Origin: Paracoccaceae bacterium | GTDB taxonomy: Bacteria > Pseudomonadota > Alphaproteobacteria > Rhodobacterales > Rhodobacteraceae | Assembly (NCBI GenBank): GCA_031412255.1 | Contig: JANOCQ010000319.1 | Location: 2,778-66,777 of the forward strand | Reading direction: 5' to 3' | DNA: 64,000 bases | Shown: in pieces, positions 21,442 through 31,690 of the stretch | Layout: every line of letters starts with the position of its first letter | Numbering within the stretch: the stretch's first letter is position 1 | Made by a program: the position numbers and the translations under genes | Notes under the pieces: model-generated | Database searches by the model: none | Told to the model about the DNA's origin: nothing | What the model saw: only the letters and a program-made list of their open reading frames with translations

Positions 21442-21798
21442 ATGGACCGAAGTAAAGCCCTCGCCGCCCTGTCGGCTCTGGCCCACGAGACCCGGCTGGA
21501 CCTGATCCGCCTGCTCACTCCGCAGGGGGATGAAGGCATGGCGGCGGGCCAGATCGCCGAGACACTGGGGCTTGCCGCACCGCGTCTATCGTTCCACCTG
21601 TCGGCGCTGGAGCAGGCGGGCCTGTTGCGGTCGCGCAAGGTGGCGCGGAACGTGTTCTACAGCGTGGACCCTTCTGGGATCGGTCGGACGATCTCGTATG
21701 TCCTGAACGATTGCTGCCGGGACAATCCCGAGGTGCTTGCGGCGTGCACGCACAAGGCTCAGGGCGCGCTGGCGGTTTCCGGAACCGAGAAGACCTGA
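21442..21798 (+). CDS. arsR: ArsR/SmtB-family regulator with C-terminal vicinal cysteines
   Basis: [37 protein letters not shown]. Confidence 0.85.
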   Translation: MDRSKALAALSALAHETRLDLIRLLTPQGDEGMAAGQIAETLGLAAPRLSFHLSALEQAGLLRSRKVARNVFYSVDPSGIGRTISYVLNDCCRDNPEVLAACTHKAQGALAVSGTEKT

Positions 21799-23174
21799 CC
21801 GGGATAGATCAGGTTCGGGTCCTTGATCTTGTCTTTGTTCGCCTCAAAGACCTGCACGTACATCACGCCGTCGCCGTAGCGTTCCTGCGCGATGCCCCAA
21901 AGGGTGAAGCCGGGCTGCACGGTCACGGTCACCGGGGCCGCAGCCAGGGCCGGAGCGTCGGCCTGAGCGGCAGCCGGGGCGTCCGGGGTCTGGGGGGCGG
22001 TGGCGGGCTGGTCCAGCACGGCAGGCTCGGCCAAGGCGTCTGTCTCAGCGACAGTGTCCTTGGTGGCCAATGGGGCTTCGGCCATGGCAGGCTGCGTCGG
22101 GGCTTCGGGGGCCGCGCTGTCCTGCACGACAGGTTGGGGCTCTGCAGCCTGGACTGCAGCGAGGGCTTCAAGCGTTTCGCGCTTGAACGGGGTTTCAAAG
22201 CGCGAGGTGACCTTGCCCTGCGCGTCCAACTGGTCGACGCGCAGCGTGTAGACGCCAGGCGCGGTCTCGGGAAGGGTTGTGCTCCACAGGCCGGTGGCGG
22301 GGATCTGCAAGGTCAGTTTCTCGGCGTTGTCGAGGTAGATCCGGAGACCCGAGCCGGCCACGCCGCGCCCGCCCACCTGAACCTCGCCCTCGGGCGTATA
22401 GGCGATGGTGTCGATCATCACGGTGGACATCGGCGGAAGGTCGACCTGGGCAGGTTCCTGCAGGACGACGGCACCGTCATCGGACAGCAGGAGTGCCGGC
22501 GGGGTGGGTTCTTCGGTCGGTGCAAGGCCGTCGGCCGCAGGGGCTTCGGCGATGGCATCTGATGCGGCGTCGGCGGCAACCTCAGGTTTCGGACCCGTGA
22601 TCGGGCCAAGCGCAACCATCTGCTCCGAGAGGATGGGAGGTTGGTCAGCCTGGGACATCGACAACCACATCAGGCTGGGCTTGGGGTTCGGAGTCAAAGA
22701 GAAAAGGATGGCGAAATCGCCCGACCCGGTGGCTTCGCCGCTGGCAACGACGGCGTCGTCCACCACGACAGAGATGATCGTGCCCGGCTGGGCGTTTCCG
22801 GAAACCAAAGCCTCGCCGTCGGCGGCAACGCGCCACGTGTCGATGACGGGTGCGGCGGGGGGTGTTACGGGGGGCGTTACCGGGGCCGTTTCGGGCGTCT
22901 TTAGGGGGGAAGCGGGATCAGTGACCTCGGTGGCGGGTTCCGGGACGTCGGGGACCCTGTCGGCGGCGGGTGTTTCGGCTGTCGCGGAGTCGGGCTGGGG
23001 CGCATCCGGCGCGGGGGCGGCGGCGAGGGCGACGGCGGACTCAGTTCCGGCGGACGTTTCGGGCGAGGGCCGCAAGGCCTGCCAGCCGAACCACCCTGCC
23101 CCCAACATGACCACCGCCGCCATCACGACGACGGCCATCCCCGCTCGCCGGTCCAGCGCCCCAAATGCCGACAT
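21759..23174 (-). CDS. Membrane-anchored LysM domain protein with Ig-like and Pro/Ala-rich regions
   Basis: N-terminal TM and C-terminal Lys[38 protein letters not shown]. Confidence 0.88.
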   Translation of the reverse strand: MSAFGALDRRAGMAVVVMAAVVMLGAGWFGWQALRPSPETSAGTESAVALAAAPAPDAPQPDSATAETPAADRVPDVPEPATEVTDPASPLKTPETAPVTPPVTPPAAPVIDTWRVAADGEALVSGNAQPGTIISVVVDDAVVASGEATGSGDFAILFSLTPNPKPSLMWLSMSQADQPPILSEQMVALGPITGPKPEVAADAASDAIAEAPAADGLAPTEEPTPPALLLSDDGAVVLQEPAQVDLPPMSTVMIDTIAYTPEGEVQVGGRGVAGSGLRIYLDNAEKLTLQIPATGLWSTTLPETAPGVYTLRVDQLDAQGKVTSRFETPFKRETLEALAAVQAAEPQPVVQDSAAPEAPTQPAMAEAPLATKDTVAETDALAEPAVLDQPATAPQTPDAPAAAQADAPALAAAPVTVTVQPGFTLWGIAQERYGDGVMYVQVFEANKDKIKDPNLIYPGQVFSVPETASAP

Positions 23175-23270
23175 CGCGTCTCCCCCCTCGGCGATTTCCG
23201 CCGCTTTGCGTTTCTTGTGATCAGGAATCTCTATATGACGGGGCAAAGCAACCATTTTCAGGCCCGACCC

Positions 23271-23828
23271 ATGTCCCTGCGTTCCGTCTGCGTCTTCTGT
23301 GGCTCTCGCACCGGCCGCAACCCTGCCTACGCCGATGCCGCCCGAGCAACCGGCGAGATGCTGGCGCACAATCGCTGGCGGTTGGTGTTCGGGGCGGGCG
23401 ACGTGGGGCTGATGGGTGAGGTGGCAAAGGCCACGGAGGCGGCTGGTGGGCCGATGCTGGGGGTGATCCCGGTGCATCTTTTGGGTCGGGAGCGACTGGA
23501 GCGGGACCGCACCACGATGGTGGTCACCGAGGACATGCACGAGCGCAAGAAGGTGATGTTCATGAATTCGGACGCCGCCGTGGTGCTTCCAGGCGGTGCC
23601 GGGTCGCTGGACGAGTTCTTCGAGGTGCTGACCTGGGCGCAGATCGGGCTACATTCGCGGCCGATCCTGCTCTTGGATGTCGCGGGATATTGGCAGCCCC
23701 TGCTGGCGCTGATCGACCACGTGATCGACGAGGGTTTCGCCGACACGTCGTTGAAGCGGCATTTCCAGGTGGTGCCGGACGTGCCGGCGCTGGAGGCTGC
23801 GTTGCGGTTGGCGCTTGAAAGGCCCTAG
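23271..23828 (+). CDS. LOG family (TIGR00730) phosphoribohydrolase
   Basis: [33 protein letters not shown] (PGGxGTxxE variant). Confidence 0.9.
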   Translation: MSLRSVCVFCGSRTGRNPAYADAARATGEMLAHNRWRLVFGAGDVGLMGEVAKATEAAGGPMLGVIPVHLLGRERLERDRTTMVVTEDMHERKKVMFMNSDAAVVLPGGAGSLDEFFEVLTWAQIGLHSRPILLLDVAGYWQPLLALIDHVIDEGFADTSLKRHFQVVPDVPALEAALRLALERP

Positions 23829-23836
23829 CAACGACC

Positions 23837-23867
23837 ACGGCCCGCAGATCGCTTTGCGGGCCGTTTT
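23837..23867 (+). terminator. Intrinsic terminator between convergent LOG and sodB
   Basis: acggcccgca-N8-tgcgggccgt followed by ttt. Confidence 0.7.
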
Positions 23868-23882
23868 GAGTTTGCAGGCAGC

Positions 23883-24485
23883 TTAAAGACCGGCAGCGAC
23901 GGCTTCCCAGTTGACCAGCTTGTCAAGGAAGTTGGTCAGATAGGCCGGGCGCTTGTTGCGGAAGTCGATGTAGTAGCTGTGCTCCCACACGTCGCAGCCC
24001 AGAAGTGCGGTCTGGCCGAAACAAAGCGGGTTCACGCCGTTTTCGGTCTTGGTGACCTTGAGCGAGCCGTCCTTGTCTTTCACCAGCCAGGCCCAGCCCG
24101 AGCCGAACTGGCCCGCACCGGCCGCCGAGAAGTCGTCCTTGAACTTCTGGACCGTGCCGAAGCTGTCAGTCAGCGCCTTTTCCAAGGCACCGGGCATGCC
24201 CTTGTTTTCGCCGGGGGCCATCCAGGTCCAGAACTGGGCGTGGTTCCAATGCTGCGAGGCGTTGTTGAAGATGCCGTTCTGGGCGACCGCGCCGGCCTGG
24301 TAGGTGCCTTTCACGATCTCCTCGACCGACTTCGATTCCCATTCGGTCCCGGCGATCAGCTTGTTGCCGTTATCGACATAGGCCTTGTGGTGGAGATCGT
24401 GGTGATACTCCAGCGTCTCCTTCGACATGCCAAGCGAGGCAAGCGCGTCGTGGGCATAGGGCAGATCGGGAAGGGTGAAAGCCAT
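23883..24485 (-). CDS. sodB: Fe/Mn superoxide dismutase (Fe type likely)
   Basis: LEYHHDLHHKAYV, NNASQHWNH, QFGSGWAWL, DVWEHSYY. Confidence 0.95.
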   Translation of the reverse strand: MAFTLPDLPYAHDALASLGMSKETLEYHHDLHHKAYVDNGNKLIAGTEWESKSVEEIVKGTYQAGAVAQNGIFNNASQHWNHAQFWTWMAPGENKGMPGALEKALTDSFGTVQKFKDDFSAAGAGQFGSGWAWLVKDKDGSLKVTKTENGVNPLCFGQTALLGCDVWEHSYYIDFRNKRPAYLTNFLDKLVNWEAVAAGL

Positions 24486-24607
24486 GGGAGTTTCTCCTGT
24501 TGAATGCTTGCCACGAATAAGAGGTCTCGACGCGGGAAGGTCAAGGCCAACCGGCACCGACTGAACGGTTGGCCGAGGGAACGGGTTCCCGCTGCGGGCT
24601 CTTCAGG

Positions 24608-25015
24608 TCAAATGGCCTTGCACGTGCCGCGACCCTCGAAGTCGTTGGAATAGCCTCCGCCAGGAACCGCGCGGACGGTGATCGACCTGTTGTTCCTGAA
24701 GTAGGAGGCTCGGAACTGCATCTTGGTCATCTGGCCGGTATTGTTCGTCATCTTGACGTTCCAGGTCAGGACAAGCTTGTTTGACGTGTCCTCGGAAACG
24801 TTGGCCTTCATCGGCTGTTCCTTGTTGTAGTACATGATCAACGCGTCGGAGACGATCGCATAGCCGGATGCTTCGTCATGTTGCAGGATGTAGAGGTCGG
24901 TGATGTAACCTCCACCCGCATTGGACGCCGGTATCCTGCATTCCAGCGTAAGAGCCTGGGAAATCGAGGGAAGCGCAATAAGGAACGTCGCAATGACAAG
25001 GCGGAGTAGGGTCAT
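24608..25015 (-). CDS. Hypothetical exported 135-aa beta-rich protein
   Basis: Signal peptide (..LPSISQA-LTLEC), two Cys near the mature termini, coding-like composition. Confidence 0.7.
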   Translation of the reverse strand: MTLLRLVIATFLIALPSISQALTLECRIPASNAGGGYITDLYILQHDEASGYAIVSDALIMYYNKEQPMKANVSEDTSNKLVLTWNVKMTNNTGQMTKMQFRASYFRNNRSITVRAVPGGGYSNDFEGRGTCKAI

Positions 25016-25101
25016 GGGGCACTCGTACTGGTTTGCCGGACAAGACAAATCCGACCGCGAAGGCCCGGTCAAGTGCCGTTTCGCAGCCGGATTGGTGAGC
25101 C

Positions 25102-25647
25102 CTACAGTTGGCTGCCAGGTTGGGCGGAATGGGCCAGAAGGCCCATCACGTAAGCTGCGACCGAACGGAAGCAGACCACGGTAAAGCCCCCACTTTCCGC
25201 CCACATCGCGGCCGCCACCTGGGCCGCGCGGGTGCGGCGGAGTTCGCCGGGTTCCAGCGCCTCGAAGTCCACCGGCGCGAGCTTTCGCAGGACATCGGCG
25301 GCCCTGTCACCCTCGATCCGGAAGACCGCACGGGCGTCCGAGACGTCGACTGCGAGGTGATGCTCTCCACTCAGAGACTTGGCGAGTGACGCAAGGGCGG
25401 CGGTGACTTCCGCGTAGGGCACGATCAGCAGGTACTCGTCCGGGCTCATCCAGCCGCAGGCTTTGTCCCCGTTGACCTCGATCCGCCTAAGAGCGGGAAG
25501 CTTGGTGCCGGTGACGGCCTTCACGGCCTTGTCCAGCGCCTTCACGCCCTTGGCGCGAAGGGTGATCATTCCGAGCGGGCCGATTTCACGGATGGACGCG
25601 AAGCCCTCGAAGCTGGCGCCGTTCAGGGCGCTGACTGGATCAGACAT
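25102..25647 (-). CDS. soxG: Sarcosine oxidase gamma subunit
   Basis: GMITLR, WMSPDEYLL, VDVSDAR, RSVAAY. Overlaps the end of soxA. Confidence 0.92.
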   Translation of the reverse strand: MSDPVSALNGASFEGFASIREIGPLGMITLRAKGVKALDKAVKAVTGTKLPALRRIEVNGDKACGWMSPDEYLLIVPYAEVTAALASLAKSLSGEHHLAVDVSDARAVFRIEGDRAADVLRKLAPVDFEALEPGELRRTRAAQVAAAMWAESGGFTVVCFRSVAAYVMGLLAHSAQPGSQL

Positions 25648-28558
25648 TCTGCTTCTCCCCATCCTTGTCAAAGAACATCGTGTCGCGGACCCGGGCCTTC
25701 ACGGTGCCGCCGGCGGCAGTGTTGAACTCTACGATCTCACCCATGCGGGAGGGGCCGTGCTTCAAAAGCCCCATCGCGATGCCGCGCTTGAGGGTGGGAG
25801 AGTGGTAGGTCGAGGTGACGCGGCCCTGCACATTTCGCTGGCCGTTGCCGTTGACCCCTTCAGCGACGATGTAGGCGCCGTCCGGGACCACCGAGCCGTC
25901 AAGCGTGTCGAAGCCCACCAGCTTCCAGCGGTCGGGGCTGGCGAGGTAGCTGCGGTCCTGCCCGCGCTTGCCGAGGTAGTCGGCCTTCTTTTTCGAGATC
26001 GCCCAGTCAAGGCACAGGTCCTGCGGGATCACGGTGCCGTCGGTCTCGTCCCCGATCATGATGAAGCCCTTTTCGGCCCGCATGATGTGGAGACATTCCG
26101 TGCCGTAAGGCATCGCGCCGAGGGCCTTGCCGGCCCGGGTGCAAGCTTCCCAGAAGGCAGCACCGTGGCTGGCGGGGACGGCGATTTCGTAGCTGAGCTC
26201 ACCCGAGAAGCTGATCCGGTAGACGCGGACCGGGAAGCCTGCAAGCGTGCCGTCCGCCCACTGCATGAAGGGCAGAGCTTCCTTGGAGACGTCCATGCCA
26301 CCAAGGACTTGCAAGAGCTTCCTCGCATTCGGGCCGACGACGGCGACTTGCGCGTACTGTTCTGTGACGTTGGCGGTGTAGACCTTCCAGTCCCACCATT
26401 CGCACTGCAGCCAGTCTTCCATCCAGGCGTGGATGCGGTCGGCCCCGCCCGAGGTGGTGTGGCAGAGCCAGGTATCTTCGTCGATGCGGGCGACGACGCC
26501 GTCATCGGAGAGGAAGCCCTGTTCGTTGCACATGAGCCCATAGCGGCATTTGCCGATGGGCAGCGTCGACATGACGCCGGTGTAGAGCATGTCGAGGAAC
26601 TTGCCCGCATCCGGCCCCTTGACGATGATCTTGCCGAGGGTCGAGGCGTCGAGGAGGCCGAGGTTCTGGCGGGTGTTCAGCACCTCGCGGTGGACGGCCT
26701 GTTCGTGGGTCTCCCCGGCGCGGGGGAAGCAATAGGGGCGGCGCCAGAGGCCCACGGGTTCGAAGTAGGCGTTGGCATTTTCGTGTGCCTCGTGAATCGG
26801 AGTGCGGCGCAGGGGTTGGAAAATCTCGCCCCGGCTTTCGCCTGCCAGCGCGCCGATGGTGACGGGCGTGTAGGGCGGGCGGAAGGTGGTGGTGCCGACC
26901 TGCGGGATCTCTTGACCCAAACTGTCAGCAAGCACGGCGAGTCCGTTGATGTTACTGAGCTTTCCCTGATCGGTGGCCATGCCAAGCGTGGTGTAGCGCT
27001 TCGTGTGTTCGACCGAGACATAACCCTCGCGGCTGGCGAGTTGGACGTCACTGACCTTCACGTCGTTCTGGTAGTCGAGCCACATTTTCGACCGCAGCTG
27101 GATCGGCGCGCCCTGCGGCATGACCCAGACGGGCGGGATCGTGACGGTCGCGCCGGTGAGGGTGAGGTCTCCGGCAGCGGAGCCCACGACCTCGACCATT
27201 GCCGAGCCGTCGTGGTTCAGCGGCGGGCGAGAGGGGTCGGGGATGAAGGCAGAAAGGGTTTCGTCCCAGGTGAGCTTGCCGCCGCAGTGGCTCCACAGGT
27301 GGACGACGGGGGACCAGCCGCCGGACATGGCGACGGCCTCGCAGGCGATTTCCTCCTGGACGGACCCTTCTCCGGCCTGGGCGCAGACGGCGACGCCGGT
27401 GACGCGCTTGGACCCTTTCACCTTGGCGATGGCCTTGCCGGTCAGGACGCGGATGCCTGCGGCGCGGGCGGCTTGCGGCAGCGCCCCGTCAGCGGTTTCG
27501 CGAGCGTCGAGGATGGCGGGGACGTCGAGTCCAGCGGCCTTCAGCGCGAGGGCGGTCTGGTAGGCGCTGTCGTTGTTGGTGACGACGACGGTGCGGTCAC
27601 CGGGCGAGACGGCGTAGTTGACCACATAGTCGCGGACGGCTGCGGCGAGCATCACGCCGGGGATGTCGTTTCCGGCGAAGGAAAGCGGGCGTTCGATGGC
27701 CCCCGTCGCGGTGACGATCTTGGCCGTGCGGATGCGCCAGAGGCGGTGCTTCGGGCGGCCATCTCCGGGCGTGTGGTCGGCGACGCGCTCGTCGGCCAGC
27801 ACATAGCCGTGATCATAGACCCCGAAGCCGCAGGTGCGGGTGCGGATCGTTACGTTGTCGCGGGCTGCGAGATCGGATTCCATCGCGGAAATCCAGGCGT
27901 CGACGAACGTGCCCTCAACCTCGGTGTCGTCGACCGGGGCGCGGCCGCCGAGGACGGCAGTCTGCTCGAGAAGGATGACGCGCTTGCCTGCATCGGCGGC
28001 AGCTTTCGCGGCCTTCAAGCCCGCGACCCCTGCCCCGACGACAAGCACGTCGCAGAAGGCGTAGGCCTGTTCGTAGCGGTCGGCGTCGCCTTCGGTGGGG
28101 GCTTTGCCCAGACCCGCGGCGCGGCGGATGATGGGTTCGAACAGGTGCTTCCACGCCGGGCGCGGGTGGATGAAGGTCTTGTAGTAGAAGCCCGCAGGCA
28201 TGAAGCGGGCGGCGTAGTTGTTGACCACGCCGACGTCGAACTCCAGCGACGGCCAGTGGTTCTGGCTGGTGGATTCAAGGCCGTCGAAAAGCTCCGTCGT
28301 GGTGGTGCGCTGGTTCGGCTCCAGCCGCGCGCCGGAGCCGAGGTTCACCAGCGCGTTCGGCTCTTCGGGTCCCGAAGCGACGATGCCGCGCGGGCGGTGG
28401 TACTTGAAGCTGCGGCCGACGAGCATCTGGTCGTTGGCCAGAAGGCCAGCGGCCAGCGTGTCACCTTGAAAGCCCTTGAGGCGTTTGCCGTTGAAGGTGA
28501 ATTCGACAGGCGCGGTGCGGTTGATCAACCGACCGCCTTTGGCGAGACGCGTGCTCAT
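25640..28558 (-). CDS. soxA: Sarcosine oxidase alpha subunit
   Basis: GRSFKYHRPRG, EHTKRYTTLGMATDQGK, TTFRPPY and a GcvT-like C-terminus. Confidence 0.96.
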   Translation of the reverse strand: MSTRLAKGGRLINRTAPVEFTFNGKRLKGFQGDTLAAGLLANDQMLVGRSFKYHRPRGIVASGPEEPNALVNLGSGARLEPNQRTTTTELFDGLESTSQNHWPSLEFDVGVVNNYAARFMPAGFYYKTFIHPRPAWKHLFEPIIRRAAGLGKAPTEGDADRYEQAYAFCDVLVVGAGVAGLKAAKAAADAGKRVILLEQTAVLGGRAPVDDTEVEGTFVDAWISAMESDLAARDNVTIRTRTCGFGVYDHGYVLADERVADHTPGDGRPKHRLWRIRTAKIVTATGAIERPLSFAGNDIPGVMLAAAVRDYVVNYAVSPGDRTVVVTNNDSAYQTALALKAAGLDVPAILDARETADGALPQAARAAGIRVLTGKAIAKVKGSKRVTGVAVCAQAGEGSVQEEIACEAVAMSGGWSPVVHLWSHCGGKLTWDETLSAFIPDPSRPPLNHDGSAMVEVVGSAAGDLTLTGATVTIPPVWVMPQGAPIQLRSKMWLDYQNDVKVSDVQLASREGYVSVEHTKRYTTLGMATDQGKLSNINGLAVLADSLGQEIPQVGTTTFRPPYTPVTIGALAGESRGEIFQPLRRTPIHEAHENANAYFEPVGLWRRPYCFPRAGETHEQAVHREVLNTRQNLGLLDASTLGKIIVKGPDAGKFLDMLYTGVMSTLPIGKCRYGLMCNEQGFLSDDGVVARIDEDTWLCHTTSGGADRIHAWMEDWLQCEWWDWKVYTANVTEQYAQVAVVGPNARKLLQVLGGMDVSKEALPFMQWADGTLAGFPVRVYRISFSGELSYEIAVPASHGAAFWEACTRAGKALGAMPYGTECLHIMRAEKGFIMIGDETDGTVIPQDLCLDWAISKKKADYLGKRGQDRSYLASPDRWKLVGFDTLDGSVVPDGAYIVAEGVNGNGQRNVQGRVTSTYHSPTLKRGIAMGLLKHGPSRMGEIVEFNTAAGGTVKARVRDTMFFDKDGEKQNV

Positions 28559-28890
28559 TTCGGGGCCTTCCAATCAGGCGTCCAGCCGGGGCGGCGCGCT
28601 TGAATCTTTGCGATGATGTCGGCGGGGGGTTCGGAAACCTGCGCGGGGTAGGTCCCGAATACCTCCAGGGTGGCGGTGCAGCGGGCGGACAGGAACCACT
28701 TGCCGCAGCCGTAGGTGTGGCGCCAGCGTTCGAAGTGGACACCCTTGGGGTTCTTGCGGGCGAACATGTAGGCCTCGAACTCTTCGGGTGAGGCGCCGGG
28801 GCCGAAGCGCTTGAGGTGCGCTTCATAGCCAGGCGACAACTCGGTCTCGTCGGCCTTCACGCCGCAGTAGGGACATTCGAGGATCAGCAT
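28555..28890 (-). CDS. soxD: Sarcosine oxidase delta subunit
   Basis: CPYCG, NPKG.H.ERW.H..GC..WF zinc-binding motif. Confidence 0.95.
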   Translation of the reverse strand: MLILECPYCGVKADETELSPGYEAHLKRFGPGASPEEFEAYMFARKNPKGVHFERWRHTYGCGKWFLSARCTATLEVFGTYPAQVSEPPADIIAKIQARRPGWTPDWKAPK

Positions 28891-28915
28891 GAGGGTCTTC
28901 CCAATTGTGCGGGGG

Positions 28916-29671
28916 TCATTCGTCTACCTCGGCTGGGGCGCCGAGGCCCTTTTGGAAGAAGGCCAGAAGCTCTTCTAGTGGCATCGTGAGCCGGTTGGGC
29001 GCGAGGCCGACCAGCCATCCGGCAACGCGGAAGGGAAGAAGCCCTGCAGTTGTCAGACTGACGACGCAGGCCTCTTCGCTGGTGGTGTCGGGCGTGGCGT
29101 GGATGAACACGACGGATGGGTCTAGCCCCGCAAGCGCAAAGCTTTGCAACACTTGCGCCTCATGACCGCCAGCGTTGATCGAGATGATCTGGGCGCTGTC
29201 GATGCCAAGTTCCTGCAGCACGGTATCGAGGCGCAGGAACGGCACTTCGGCGCTGGCAACATCCTCGGGCGCAGTGCCGGGCATTGCGATGCGATCCCGG
29301 ATAAGCGACGCGCGGCTGCGCGGACCCCGGCGCTGGCGGGCCTCGGCTTCCGGCGTCAACGAATGCAGAAGGAGATTGGCCCCCACATTGGAAACGCCAA
29401 GGTTCAGCACGGCGACCCGGTCACTTTCGGCATGGAGTGCATCGAGCATGGCAAAATTGCCGGGATGTGGCTCGATCAGCAGGCCGGACCATCCGGCGTC
29501 CTGAAAGCGTGGCAAGAGGGGAAAGCCGGTTTGCCCATTCCCTGCCCCGACTTGAAGCGCAAAGACGCGCCCCTGATGGCGGTCATGCAGCCCGTTCAGG
29601 AGCATCGCAAAGATCGGCGCATTCAACTTGTGCGCACGCCGGGGAACGAAGGGGCCCAGGTCGCGGTTCAT
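28916..29671 (-). CDS. FkbM-like SAM-dependent methyltransferase (divergent)
   Basis: LQVGAGNG, LLIEPHP, VLNLGVS, RLDTVL and INAGGHEAQVL (IDVEGHE-like) motifs. Confidence 0.6.
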   Translation of the reverse strand: MNRDLGPFVPRRAHKLNAPIFAMLLNGLHDRHQGRVFALQVGAGNGQTGFPLLPRFQDAGWSGLLIEPHPGNFAMLDALHAESDRVAVLNLGVSNVGANLLLHSLTPEAEARQRRGPRSRASLIRDRIAMPGTAPEDVASAEVPFLRLDTVLQELGIDSAQIISINAGGHEAQVLQSFALAGLDPSVVFIHATPDTTSEEACVVSLTTAGLLPFRVAGWLVGLAPNRLTMPLEELLAFFQKGLGAPAEVDE

Positions 29672-29686
29672 TTCCGCGCCCCGGGC

Positions 29687-29718
29687 AAGAAAGCGGCGCG
29701 CGCCGTCGGGCGCGCGCC
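29687..29718 (-). terminator. Intrinsic terminator inside the soxB-soxD interval
   Basis: Minus strand ggcgcgcgcc-cgac-ggcgcgcgcc followed by gctttctt. Confidence 0.65.
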
Positions 29719-29734
29719 GGAATGCGTTGCAGTC

Positions 29735-30106
29735 TTAGGGGTTGGTTGCCGGCGCAGCGGGCTCAACCGGAGCCGGCTCGGCCGGAGCGGTTTCGACCGG
29801 CTCGGCAGGAGCAGGTTCGGCCGGAGCAACAGGCTCGGCTGCGGGCTCATCCCCGTCGATGGTGACGTTGGTCGTGCTGTCGGCCGGCTGAGTCGGCTCG
29901 ACCGTAACATTCGTCGTGTCGTTGGCAGGCGTGTTGTCGACCACAGCGCCGTCGCCGTTTCCGAACACGAGCCACAGGATGAAGCCCACGGCGACGACGA
30001 GGCCGCCGACGATAAGCGCCATGCTGGCACCGGAGGATTCGGACGTGCGAATGTCGCGCGTGTTGGTGTCGCGGACGTAGGTCTTGGTTGTGTCGTTGTC
30101 GGCCAT
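29735..30106 (-). CDS. Small single-TM protein with Thr/Asp- and Pro/Ala/Glu-rich tail
   Basis: SD ggag upstream, TM ALIVGGLVVAVGFILWLVF, APAEP repeats. Confidence 0.75.
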   Translation of the reverse strand: MADNDTTKTYVRDTNTRDIRTSESSGASMALIVGGLVVAVGFILWLVFGNGDGAVVDNTPANDTTNVTVEPTQPADSTTNVTIDGDEPAAEPVAPAEPAPAEPVETAPAEPAPVEPAAPATNP

Positions 30107-30209
30107 TGGAGCATCTCCATGCACAGTTGATCTGGCATGGAAACGTCCGGGCATGACCGGAGGTTCCGCCCGGCGCAGGGATCGGCAAGGATACGCCGAC
30201 GGTGGCCCA

Positions 30210-31457
30210 TCAGTGTGCCACCCCGGCGGCGACGGATTCGTCGATGAACTGGCCTTCCTTGAAGCGCCACATGCTGAAGTCTTCGGCCAGCGGGCCGGGT
30301 TCGCCCTTGGCCATCAGCTCGGCCATGGCCCAGCCCGAGCCGGGGATCGCCTTGAAGCCGCCCGTGCCCCAGCCGCAATTGATGAAGCAGTTGCCAAGCG
30401 GGGTTTTGGAAATCAGGGGCGAGCGGTCGCCGGTCATGTCGACGATGCCACCCCATTGGCGCAGCATCTTCAGCCGGCTGATCATCGGGAAGGTTTCGAC
30501 CAGCGCGCGGAGGGTTTCCTCGATATGGTGGAAGCTGCCGCGCTGGGTGTAGTTGTTGAAGCCGTCGGTGCCGCCGCCGATCACCATCTCACCCTTGTCG
30601 GATTGCGACATGTAGCCGTGGACGGTGTTGGCCATCACGACCACGTCCATGCAGGGCTTGATCGGTTCGGAGACGAGGGCCTGAAGGGCCACAGCTTCGA
30701 TGGGCAGGCGGAAGCCCGCCATCTCGGCCAGCTGGCCGGAATGGCCGGCCACGACCATGCCAAGCTTCTTGCAACCGATAAAGCCGCGCGTCGTGTCGAT
30801 GCCGGTGACGGTGCCATTTTCCGACCGCACGCCTTTGACTTCGCAGTTCTGGATGATGTGCATCCCCATCGCCGAACAGGCGCGGGCATAGCCCCAGGCC
30901 ACGGCATCGTGGCGGGCGGTGCCGCCGCGGGCCTGGTAAAGCGCGCCGAGGATCGGGTAGCGCGGCCCGTCGATGTTGATGATCGGCACCAGTTCCTTGA
31001 CGCGCTGGGGCGAGATCCATTCGGTCGAAACACCTTGCAAGGCGTTGGCATGGACCGTGCGAAGGTAGCCGCGCACCTCGTGGTGGGTCTGGCCCAGCAT
31101 CAGAAGGCCCCGGGGGGAGAACATGACGTTGTAGTTCAGTTCCTGGCTCAGGGTCTCATACAGCGAGCGGGCCTTCTCGTAGATCGCGGCCGAGGGGTCC
31201 TGCAGGTAGTTCGAGCGGATGATCGTGGTATTGCGGCCGGTGTTGCCGCCCCCGAGCCAACCTTTTTCGATGATTGCGACGTTGGTGATCCCGAAATTCT
31301 TGCCCAAGTAGTAAGCGGTGGCGAGGCCGTGGCCCCCTGCCCCGACGATGATGGCATCGTAGGACCCCTTCGGCTCGGGCGAGGCCCAGGCCCGTTCCCA
31401 GCCCATGTGGTAGCGGACTGCCTCGCGGGCGATAGCAAAGACCGAATAGCGCTTCAT
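30210..31457 (-). CDS. soxB: Sarcosine oxidase beta subunit
   Basis: IVGAGGHG, GGGNTGRNTTIIRSNY, ARHDAVAWGYA, GWGTGGFKA. Confidence 0.96.
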   Translation of the reverse strand: MKRYSVFAIAREAVRYHMGWERAWASPEPKGSYDAIIVGAGGHGLATAYYLGKNFGITNVAIIEKGWLGGGNTGRNTTIIRSNYLQDPSAAIYEKARSLYETLSQELNYNVMFSPRGLLMLGQTHHEVRGYLRTVHANALQGVSTEWISPQRVKELVPIINIDGPRYPILGALYQARGGTARHDAVAWGYARACSAMGMHIIQNCEVKGVRSENGTVTGIDTTRGFIGCKKLGMVVAGHSGQLAEMAGFRLPIEAVALQALVSEPIKPCMDVVVMANTVHGYMSQSDKGEMVIGGGTDGFNNYTQRGSFHHIEETLRALVETFPMISRLKMLRQWGGIVDMTGDRSPLISKTPLGNCFINCGWGTGGFKAIPGSGWAMAELMAKGEPGPLAEDFSMWRFKEGQFIDESVAAGVAH

Positions 31458-31690
31458 CGGGGCCTCGTGTCGGACGGACTGTGCCGGATTGTTCCGGCCT
31501 TGATGTCTTGGAATGGAAGCGGGTTATAGCCGCACCCCGCTGCGGCACAATCGGGAAAAATGCGACATTCGTCGCGATGTCGCGGGCAGAGGGGCAGACC
31601 TGCCCGGTGATGCGGCCGAATGCCCCTTTCTTGGCCGGGCCGAAACCACTATGTCGGAGCCGGACGTGCAGGTGGAGTGGGCTGGAAGTG

